From Rhodococcus sp. BP22 (GTDB lineage Bacteria > Actinomycetota > Actinomycetes > Mycobacteriales > Mycobacteriaceae), in contig NZ_JACFTB010000006.1 in assembly GCF_014281965.1 (NCBI RefSeq), positions 140,113 through 180,112 of the forward strand: 40,000 bases of DNA. Direction: 5' to 3'. Below, piece after piece: positions 9,380 to 16,762 of this stretch (its first letter is position 1; the number at the start of each line of letters is the position of its first letter). Both the position numbers and the translations under genes were made by a program. The notes under the pieces were generated by a model. That model was not told the DNA's origin. It was given only the letters and a program-made list of their open reading frames with translations, and did no database searches.

Positions 9380-9985
9380 CTACGGACGCTTGCCGGCGTT
9401 CTGTAGAACAGGCAGATCAAGAGCACCGGCCCGTTGATCTGAACGCGCCTTGGTAAGGCGGGCATGAAACGAGTTGCGAGTATTCCCCATCAGGTTGAGC
9501 GGGAGGTCGTACTGCTCGATTAAGTCGCCTTCGAGCACCCAAGGCTCGGGATGCGTCACCCACGAAACGAACGCGTGTTTGTCCATCCAGTCGTTGATCG
9601 CCCACTCCCCTTGATGGAAGTGCAGCCTCCCAGATCCAACACGTCGTAGCTTAATGTCAAGTTCCTCTGACAGCAGCGATCCAAGAGTGAAGCGCAAGGT
9701 CGAACCGTATGCATTACCCCGGTAGTGGTAGCGGATACGTTTACGAATGTTCTGCTTACTGGGGGCTTTGCCGTTCATCGGCGGCCTGCTAGGGCTTATG
9801 CCTGCGTACAGGAGCGTCAGTCCATCCCGCTTTTGGCAGTCGGATGTGTCGATGTCACTTGATGGGAGTTGATCGAACCACCAACCGTAGACACCGGGCA
9901 TGGCGGGAACGGGACACGGCCTGGTCAAGACTTCAGTGCGGTTGTAGAGCTGTGCGCCGAGGTAGAGGGAGTGGTGGTCGTTCAT
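9380..9985 (-). CDS. GIY-YIG-like nuclease-domain protein (stand-alone)
   Basis: The 201-aa protein has PGVYGWWF...LLYAGIS (a GIY...YIG-type pair of strands), then basic RKRIRYHYRGN, then later LEGDLIEQYDLPLN. These are candidate Arg, Glu and Asn of the GIY-YIG core. Confidence 0.5.
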   Translation of the reverse strand: MNDHHSLYLGAQLYNRTEVLTRPCPVPAMPGVYGWWFDQLPSSDIDTSDCQKRDGLTLLYAGISPSRPPMNGKAPSKQNIRKRIRYHYRGNAYGSTLRFTLGSLLSEELDIKLRRVGSGRLHFHQGEWAINDWMDKHAFVSWVTHPEPWVLEGDLIEQYDLPLNLMGNTRNSFHARLTKARSDQRAGALDLPVLQNAGKRP

Positions 9986-10202
9986 GTGCAGATCGTGTCA
10001 CGTCACTATGACAGCGGACTGCCTAGTTGAATGCTCGGGTGACTGACAAGATCCCCGAGACTGATGTAGACGACTCCCCGTCAAAGATCCCACATATCAT
10101 AGTCGTCGGTTTGCTCGTGGTCGGTGCTCTGGTTGTTATGAATCACCCCGGCGTGTCCGGAGATGATGTGCCCCGTGTTTCGTGGCGCCGTCATATTTGA
10201 CT

Positions 10203-11054
10203 TCAGGCTACGGGTTGATGTGTGAAGTGTACGTTCTCGAACTCGATCGGTGTCAGCATCCCGAGAGCGCTGTGCCTGCGTTGGCGATTGTGAAAGATCT
10301 CGAGGTACTCGAACATGGCGTTGGCCAATTCGATCCTCGTTCTCCATCGCTTCCTGTTCAAGAGTTCGGTTTGCATTCTGCCCCAGAATGATTCGATGAC
10401 AGCATTGTCGTAGCAATCGCCGATCGATCCCATCGACGGGACCAGTCCCGATTCGTGCGCCCGGCGGGTGAACGCCCACGATGTGAATTGCACTCCGTGG
10501 TCGGAATGAATCAAAGTGCCGGGCGTCGGGCCCCGATTCGAAATGGCCATTCCCAGAGCATTCGTCACCAACGTCGCCGTCTGAGAACTGTCGATAGACC
10601 ACCCGACGACCCGCCTCGAAAACGTATCCAAGACAACGGCGCAGTAGACCTTGCCTTCGCGCGTAGGATGCTCCGTGATGTCTGTGACCCACAGTTTGTT
10701 CGGCTCCCCGCGGGCGAACTTACGGTCCACGAGATCGCTCGCAGTCGGGGTTTGATGCTTGGAACGCGCACGCTTGTTTCCCGGAAGTCCTTTCACACCA
10801 GCAGCTCTCATCAACAATTCGACACAACCGTGTCCGACGGCAATACCGTGACCAAGGGTGAGTTCAGCATGAACTCGGCGGGCCCCGTAGGTGCCATGCG
10901 AGGCGGTATGAACCTCGGTGATCAGCTGCGTCAGCCATGCGTGACGTAGCGAGCGTTCCGAGGGTGGGCGATTGCGCCACTCGTAGAAGCCGGACTCCGA
11001 CGCCTCCAGAATGCGACATGCGGTTTGTACTGGTAGTCCTTCCTTTGCCATCAC
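10203..11054 (-). CDS. IS3-family transposase OrfB (DDE/rve integrase core)
   Basis: 283 aa carrying LWVTDITEH (D), LIHSDHGVQFTS (D) and YDNAVIESFWGRMQTE (E). It is probably expressed as an OrfAB fusion by -1 frameshifting at A4G (minus-strand CCCAAAAGG, plus-strand coordinates 11073-11081). Confidence 0.9.
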   Translation of the reverse strand: MMAKEGLPVQTACRILEASESGFYEWRNRPPSERSLRHAWLTQLITEVHTASHGTYGARRVHAELTLGHGIAVGHGCVELLMRAAGVKGLPGNKRARSKHQTPTASDLVDRKFARGEPNKLWVTDITEHPTREGKVYCAVVLDTFSRRVVGWSIDSSQTATLVTNALGMAISNRGPTPGTLIHSDHGVQFTSWAFTRRAHESGLVPSMGSIGDCYDNAVIESFWGRMQTELLNRKRWRTRIELANAMFEYLEIFHNRQRRHSALGMLTPIEFENVHFTHQPVA

Positions 11055-11353
11055 CTCGATCGCTTCGAACCGCCTTTTGGGAGCACCACCGACTTCAGCA
11101 GTTCCGTGGAGCGTTTGGCAATGGCGAGCTCGGTCTCCAGTTCGGCGATACGACGACGGGCGGCGGCGAGTTCGGCGCTCTCGATCGAGCTCAGCCCAGG
11201 CTTCTGCCCGGTATCGATGAGCTCCTGGTTACGCCAGTTGTAGATCGTCTGCTCGGTTACATCGAGACCTGAGGCGACCTCGGCGACCGTGCGTCCTGAC
11301 TTCAACAGATCGAGCACTTTCCGGCGGAACTCGGGTGGATAACGTCGGGGCAT
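11051..11353 (-). CDS. IS3-family transposase OrfA (HTH)
   Basis: 100 aa with MPRRYPPEFRRKVLDLLKSGRTVAEVASGLDVTEQTIYNWR followed by a leucine-zipper-like helix. An ATGA overlap joins it to orfB. Confidence 0.9.
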   Translation of the reverse strand: MPRRYPPEFRRKVLDLLKSGRTVAEVASGLDVTEQTIYNWRNQELIDTGQKPGLSSIESAELAAARRRIAELETELAIAKRSTELLKSVVLPKGGSKRSR

Positions 11354-11588
11354 CGTGGACCTCTCTCGGGTGCATCAATGCCTGAAGTAAAACAAACGAA
11401 CTCCGGAAAACTCGGGGTACATCAAAGTCTCCGGACTTGCCGGGGTGATTCAGGCTGTTTTCTGCGCGGCGCGACTCGGTAATTCAGGTCGATTTTCCGA
11501 TAAACAACTGTCGCACTGGAGGTTTGAGATACTCCCGGATAATCTACGATAAGTCTAATTATCGAATATTCACAGTTGGGAGAATGGA

Positions 11589-12626
11589 TTGGATTCTCAC
11601 GAACTACTCCCCTGCCGAGGCGCTCCCGCCGTCGAATGGAGCAGCGACGAGTATCGGGAACTCTTCGCAGACCAGCTCAGACAGGCGACCCGTTCCACTC
11701 ACACAGCGCGCGCATACGACTCGGACCTCCGCCACTTCCGAAACTGGTGTTCGCAGCGGGGCGTCGCCGAGCTGCCCGCGACGGAGCCGACGGTCATCGC
11801 ATACCTGCTCTACTTCGGAGATCCTCACGGGGACAGACTCCCTCCAGTTTCGCTGCTGAAGCAGTCGACACTCGCGAGGAGGATCGCCGGGATACGCGAT
11901 GCTCACCGTCGGGCCGGACAACGATGGCCGGGGGGCGGCGAGGCTGGACCGGATCTGGTTGCCGCCACTCTCACATACATTGCAGTCCAACAGAAGTCCG
12001 GGGTTGACTCACCGGTTGCACTGTCCAGAGCCAGACTCCTCGCCGTACTCGAGGCGATCCCGGACACTCACCACGGGATCAGGAACAGAGCGATGCTCCA
12101 GGTCGGCTACTACGGGGCGCTCCGCTCCTCCGAGATTGTCGGGCTGGACCTGGAGGACATCACCTTTTCTGAGGGGTCCTTCCTCGACCGTGACGAGGGG
12201 ATGACAATCCAGATTCGGTCCTCGAAGACCGACCGGAAGGGCCGCGGCCAGCAGGTCTGTGTGAACTACTCCGGCGACAGAAGGAGCTGTCCTGTCCGCG
12301 CTCTGCAGCGTTGGATCCAGACACGAGGGAGCGGAGATGGGCCGCTCTTCACCAATCTGTGGGGAAACGGAGTCGGTCAGTCCAGCCGGCTGACCACTCA
12401 CACTGTGACGACAATACTCAAGCAGTCACTCGCAAAAGCCGGGACTGATCCGAGTCGGTACTCCGCGCACTCACTCCGTTCTGGATTCGCAACGGCAGCA
12501 GCAGCACTCGATGTTCCCGCCCGACTGATCAAACAGCAGACCCGGCATTCCTCCTACGAGATGGTGGACAGATACATCCAATCGGGATCATCTCTGAGCC
12601 AGAACGCGACCAGGTACATGGTGTGA
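11589..12626 (+). CDS. Tyrosine recombinase / phage-type integrase (apparently intact)
   Basis: 345 aa. The N-terminal SAM-like domain is TARAYDSDLRHFRNWC...TVIAYLLY. The catalytic set is GALRSSEIVGL (Arg), HSLRSGFATAAA (H-x-x-R) and TRHSSYEMVDRYI (His...Tyr). Confidence 0.85.
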   Translation: MDSHELLPCRGAPAVEWSSDEYRELFADQLRQATRSTHTARAYDSDLRHFRNWCSQRGVAELPATEPTVIAYLLYFGDPHGDRLPPVSLLKQSTLARRIAGIRDAHRRAGQRWPGGGEAGPDLVAATLTYIAVQQKSGVDSPVALSRARLLAVLEAIPDTHHGIRNRAMLQVGYYGALRSSEIVGLDLEDITFSEGSFLDRDEGMTIQIRSSKTDRKGRGQQVCVNYSGDRRSCPVRALQRWIQTRGSGDGPLFTNLWGNGVGQSSRLTTHTVTTILKQSLAKAGTDPSRYSAHSLRSGFATAAAALDVPARLIKQQTRHSSYEMVDRYIQSGSSLSQNATRYMV

Positions 12627-12813
12627 GCGGGGCGGAGTGCAGGCCAAGGAGTCCGCCGACACGACAGCTCCTCGTCGGTATCAGAAGAGGACGGCTCTCC
12701 ACGATGAAGGCCGCATCCGACCAGACGTCATCGCGGGCGCGACCGGTCAGTCCAGTATCAAGCACCCCGTCACTACCCAAGCCAGACTCAGAACTGAAAG
12801 TGAGACAGCAGAA

Positions 12814-13074
12814 ATGGGACAGACATCTTCATGGGACAACAGCCGAGAGTCTGCAGATTTGTACCGTAGAATCAAGAACCCAAGAACCGCAGCGGACTTC
12901 AGACTGTCCGAGCGATACACCAACCCGACGACCGACGCAGACTGGAAGATGAGGGAGAGAGCCGACGCGGAAGCACTCCGGCGTGCAGGTTTCTTCGAAA
13001 GTCAGTCCGGCCGACTCCTCATGATCGTGATCATCGCAGTCTTCCTCCTCTGGATGTACATCGCGGTGATCTGA
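12814..13074 (+). CDS. Possible small tail-anchored membrane protein (weak)
   Basis: This is an ATG-started sub-ORF of the 12637..13074 track ORF. It has a charged N-terminal part and a C-terminal TM helix (LLMIVIIAVFLLWMYIAVI). No homology was recognised. Confidence 0.3.
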   Translation: MGQTSSWDNSRESADLYRRIKNPRTAADFRLSERYTNPTTDADWKMRERADAEALRRAGFFESQSGRLLMIVIIAVFLLWMYIAVI

Positions 13075-13196
13075 GCGAGGAACAGGCTGCCGACTACGGA
13101 GGTGCATACCGTTTCTGGAATTGAACTCTGTTCTACCACAGTGGTTCTCAAGGTTAACCTCTCATGGATTGAGCGGGATACGAGTAGCCCCTCTTA

Positions 13197-13270
13197 CTTC
13201 TATCTCCCTTCCTTCTCCTTGATTTATGGTTGGTGTGAGTGATGGTTAGGAGAAGATAGGCAGATAGAGG
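13197..13270. repeat. Long imperfect inverted repeat (pyrimidine tract / purine tract, ~20 bp of pairing, 28-nt loop)
   Basis: Hand pairing gives 13197-13205 with 13262-13270 (9 bp), 13207-13209 with 13258-13260, and 13212-13219 with 13248-13255. CTATC-containing motifs recur at about 13199, 13255-13268 (on the complement) and 13313, and a related CTATT at about 13335. Confidence 0.6.
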
Positions 13271-13686
13271 CCCACTCTGCGAACCACAGCGAGGGTCCGA
13301 TAAGCCTATCCCTTATCAGATTCCGCCTCTCCTTCTATTAGTCGCTTCGCGCCCAGGAGATCGAGACGTCGCTACGCGCTGGTGGTCTGCGACGCAGGTC
13401 GGCGAGAGGGTTCTTCGAGGATGTCTGGCGCCATCGAGACTGCACGAACTTTTTCTGTGATCGATAGTCTGCGATCACAATCTTGCGAATCGCTCGAGGC
13501 GGGATATCAAATTTTGAGATAGTGAAGATGCGCAGGACGATGACCTATCGATCTTGACACGGTGACTGGACCAGGACAAAAAAGAAAGTGAGAGCTTTCA
13601 GATCAGTCGGGCAGCAGACATAGACTGGCTATCCAGCGTCCTGTCAGCCATCGCTGCTTGCCCAATCATGTTCGAGGAGTTCCATT

Positions 13687-14436
13687 GTGACCGAGTATCA
13701 ACATGACATCTTCTTCACCGGGCTGATCCATCCTCAGGCCGGATCCTGGCACATCGACCGTCCTGTTGTGATCCAGGAGAGTGGCCGGCTGATCGAGGTG
13801 TACTTCCGTGACTCAGCATTCAACGTCCGGGTCAACTTTACTGACGGTCACCAACTGGGTCACGATGAGGAGCAGGACGGGACTTGGCTGAACCCGATCT
13901 GGTACGAGGTCGAGGCTGTGGTCCGGGCTGTGATTGACTCACTCGGCTTCGTCATCGCGGCCTCCCTTGAGATAGAAATGACGACGGGTCGGGCGGACGG
14001 CAGTGCGATCGTCGGCGGGCTGATGGCTCTGCCTGCATTCGCCAGAGTGGAGAACGGCCGGGTTGAACCGCAACTGTTCGGCAGGTATCTGGCTGCGGTA
14101 CAGGGGAACGCCAATGTCCGACACGCACTCGCGGACATGCGGATGGCTCTACGTCTCACCACTGATACTGCCTTCTATTGCTACCGCGCAATCGAATGTA
14201 TCCGTCATGAGTTCGTCGATCCAGAAGATGGCGCCAAGCCCGCTCCCTCGTGGGCGCGGATGCATGCGGCACTGGGAACCACGCAGTCGGAGATGGAACC
14301 ACTGACCCGCCTCGCCACAGCGCGGCGCCATGGGGAAAGCCTGCCGCTTGCGCATGGCGATCGCCTTACGTGGCTCCGCTGGACTCGCTCGGTGGTCGGC
14401 CGCTACATCGAGGACTACCTGCCTAGTGCCAAATAG
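13687..14436 (+). CDS. Hypothetical protein (249 aa), no recognised family
   Basis: GTG start. The composition is protein-like throughout (for example ALADMRMALRLTTDTAFYCYRAIECIRHEF). It is the only long ORF in this stretch. Confidence 0.6.
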   Translation: MTEYQHDIFFTGLIHPQAGSWHIDRPVVIQESGRLIEVYFRDSAFNVRVNFTDGHQLGHDEEQDGTWLNPIWYEVEAVVRAVIDSLGFVIAASLEIEMTTGRADGSAIVGGLMALPAFARVENGRVEPQLFGRYLAAVQGNANVRHALADMRMALRLTTDTAFYCYRAIECIRHEFVDPEDGAKPAPSWARMHAALGTTQSEMEPLTRLATARRHGESLPLAHGDRLTWLRWTRSVVGRYIEDYLPSAK

Positions 14437-14668
14437 TTAGTGTTCGCGGTTGACCTCGGGACCGCGTACGCAGATGAAGGGACTATCTGGGTGAGCGAAT
14501 GATCCAAGCGTCTCGCCACCCATGGCAAGTGTGGTCCAGCGTCCACTATTGGTGATGGTGGGGAGGCTCAGATATCAGTCTGGCAGAAAGGACGCAGCCG
14601 TATACATCAAAGTCTGCGCACCTATCGCCATCGAGTTTTACTCCGTCCGGCAAAGGTGCCCAGGAGTG

Positions 14669-15142
14669 TTACGCATCGGCTCGGAATTTTTCCAATCGTG
14701 ACTCAACATCGACAAACAGACCGCGCACGGCCAACCGTCGGAAGTAAATTCCGAGAACAAGGCTGGCCATCCCGATGCAGTACGGTCCCAGCTGCCACCC
14801 AAATTCCAGATTCTTCCCTTTCAGAGCTTGGTATGCGGGAGCCCCCATTGCTAATAGGAAGCCGTAGACAGCACACCAATTCGCGACTGTCCGCCTTGCA
14901 TTCCAATGGGTCGGCGACATGTAGTCCGGTAGCGCCAGAGTTAACATCACGGCTTGCCGGTCTACCCCGTCCCTGAGGGAAGCGTGGGCGACAGAACCTG
15001 GTTCGAGAAGTGCAAGAAGTTCGACGTCAGCCTTCAATCGCTCTCGCGCATCCCTCGCACGAAGCCTCGCCGCCGCGAAGGGAGACACGATCGCAACTAT
15101 CGCAAGGATGATCGGGACGCTCGCCGCAAACCACGATGACAT
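14669..15142 (-). CDS. Hypothetical integral membrane protein (157 aa)
   Basis: It has an N-terminal TM helix (FAASVPIILAIVAIVSPFAAA) and two further hydrophobic helices (WCAVYGFLLAMGAPAY, YCIGMASLVLGIYF). It is convergent with 13687..14436. Confidence 0.55.
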   Translation of the reverse strand: MSSWFAASVPIILAIVAIVSPFAAARLRARDARERLKADVELLALLEPGSVAHASLRDGVDRQAVMLTLALPDYMSPTHWNARRTVANWCAVYGFLLAMGAPAYQALKGKNLEFGWQLGPYCIGMASLVLGIYFRRLAVRGLFVDVESRLEKFRADA

Positions 15143-15784
15143 TGGAGGAGTGTTCCATACGCGCGGTGATTGTCACCGCGGACACCGTGCCCCAGGGGTG
15201 AGCGCTTTGGTAACGAACTCTTTCGGGGCCGACCCGACAGAACCTCTTTCGGTGACAGTGCTGACTCGATACGCTCGTCACATGGGACAGCAGCGACGCG
15301 AGGTGACTGTTGGGATCGACGACTTCGCTGACGCCTCCGAACCTTCTTGCGCTCAGTCGATTCAAGCACCGAGCTCGTTGTCTCAGATTACGGTGCACCT
15401 CGGTGGCGAGTAGTGCTATACGTCGATCAGAAGGCCACCGACTGAGACGCGATGGTCGCGCGGCGAGGAATTTGGCCCGCTACTAGCTCCGGGAACTTCA
15501 CAGCGCCGACCACCAAGCTGCCTCACGGCGTGGCCTCCGAGTGGATCCTCGACGAACTTCGCGACGACCTCTAATCTGTAGGGCCTTTGCTAGTAGCCGG
15601 CGTGCCCGCTGACGCAGTTTTCGAGTAAGAAGCGCTCGTTCTCTACGAAAGTCGGATTGTTCCGTCACGTCGATCAGAAGGCGATGCAACCTCGGCGGCT
15701 CCCCGACCGAGTATCGGTTCCTGGAAGTCTCGCCGTCGGCCCAGCTTCGAGTCACATCTCGTCCCGCTGTGTCATCGTGGACGG

Positions 15785-16372
15785 GTGGCGAAGAGACGAC
15801 TACCTGGCGTGTTCTGTATAGAGAGCGACTGGGAGGTCTCGATGGAGAGCAAGCAGAGCGTGGAGCCGACCCTGCAGGCGCTCGAACGCGGCGAGTACAT
15901 CCGACTGATCAGGCGGAGTGCGAACACCGTCGGAGAGCTGGAACTGTACCTGGACCGGTGGTTTGAGAAGCGCCACCAAGACTTCTCGCTCGCCTACCTC
16001 TGCTTCCATGGCACCGCGCGGACTCTTCACTTCGAAGGTGATGAACTTTCACTCGTTGACCTCGGAACGCTGATCGGGGGACGAGCGCAGGGCAAGATCC
16101 TCCACTTTGGGTCGTGCCGGGTTATGGCCGCAACGGACGAGGAGCTCCAGACGTTCTGCCGATCGACCGGAGTCAGAGCGATCACGGGCTACACCAAGGA
16201 CATCGAATGGCTGGAGTCCTCCGCATTCGAACTGCTGCTGATCCCGGACGTGATCCACGCTGTGAAACTGAAGTCCTCGTACGACCGAATGTTTCGGATC
16301 TACCCCGACCTCGCAAAGCGGCTGGGTTTCAGAATGTCTCACGCAACATGGACCTCAGAACGCGTTCGTTGA
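15785..16372 (+). CDS. Small CHAT/caspase-like protein (putative His-Cys dyad); first gene of the cassette
   Basis: In the 195-aa reading from GTG 15785, LAYLCFHG (H75-G76) and KILHFGSC (C111) each follow a hydrophobic strand. The intervening L.F.GDELSLVDLGTL matches the CHAT pattern hhHhxxHG...l.l.d..ls..dl...hhhLsaC. An alternative start is ATG 15842, preceded by GGGAGG. Confidence 0.5.
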   Translation: MAKRRLPGVFCIESDWEVSMESKQSVEPTLQALERGEYIRLIRRSANTVGELELYLDRWFEKRHQDFSLAYLCFHGTARTLHFEGDELSLVDLGTLIGGRAQGKILHFGSCRVMAATDEELQTFCRSTGVRAITGYTKDIEWLESSAFELLLIPDVIHAVKLKSSYDRMFRIYPDLAKRLGFRMSHATWTSERVR

Positions 16373-16488
16373 CACCGTCTCGATCTGTAGGTATCTCAGC
16401 TGGCTCAATGTCAACCCGAGCGAAGACTGTCGCAATCCGCGCCTACGATCTGCTGATTGCATTTAGCTCGACCCGATTCAAATGAACG

Positions 16489-16626
16489 GTGGTTCGCAGT
16501 CGTGGTTTCTTCGCGGTGATCGGTGTGATCGCCTTCCTGGCCGGATTGATGGCGTTCTACGTCGGATTCCAGGAACCCGAGAAAGGCTCATCAGGAGGCG
16601 GGCGGTTCAGAGCTCAGCAACGCTGA
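16489..16626 (+). CDS. Possible 45-aa single-TM peptide (below the ORF-track size cut-off)
   Basis: My own translation is VVRSRGFFAVIGVIAFLAGLMAFYVGFQEPEKGSSGGGRFRAQQR. It is more protein-like, and G/C-richer at third codon positions, than the overlapping Arg-rich 16482..16745 track ORF. It fills the gap between two cassette genes. Confidence 0.35.
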   Translation: MVRSRGFFAVIGVIAFLAGLMAFYVGFQEPEKGSSGGGRFRAQQR

Positions 16627-16762
16627 GGCTAAAAGTGCAAGACCGGGCGTACTACCGCTCAATCATAAATACCTTGAGGGTTCACTTCGCATCTCTCGGC
16701 CCATCGAGGGTCAGCGTCAGCCATGATGCCGCAGCGCTGACGTAATCTGCGGGTCTCGAGTC

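Larger units (their letters stand above)
10139..11452 (-). mobile_element. IS3-family insertion sequence (1314 bp) with imperfect terminal inverted repeats
   Basis: The left end reads TGAATCACCCCGGCgtGTCCGGAGA. The reverse complement of the right end reads TGAATCACCCCGGCaaGTCCGGAGA, a 23/25 match with TG...CA termini. The orfA/orfB organisation includes a CCCAAAAGG slippery stretch. Confidence 0.9.

Noticed and set aside
11547-11564. The palindrome cgataa-N6-ttatcg upstream of the integrase gene, considered as an operator.
   Set aside because: It is only a 6-bp arm palindrome in locally AT-rich sequence, so it is easily a chance occurrence. It is noted here but not called.
12637-12813. The upstream part of the 145-aa ORF that follows the integrase.
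   Set aside because: This stretch is hydrophilic and low-complexity, with no ribosome-binding context. Only the ATG-started distal part with the TM helix (12814..13074) is kept, and that at low confidence.
13197-13270. The long imperfect hairpin next to a tyrosine recombinase interpreted as an integron attC site, with the region being an integron.
   Set aside because: There are no RYYYAAC/GTTRRRY core sites at the hairpin ends. The recombinase is co-directional with the downstream genes rather than divergent from them. No array of repeated hairpin-bounded cassettes is present.
15498-15755. 85-aa minus-strand ORF in the cassette leader, together with neighbouring 90-123-aa ORFs at 15027..15413.
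   Set aside because: They are Arg-rich, mutually overlapping in several frames, and have no start-site signals or motifs. I treat the region as non-coding leader.
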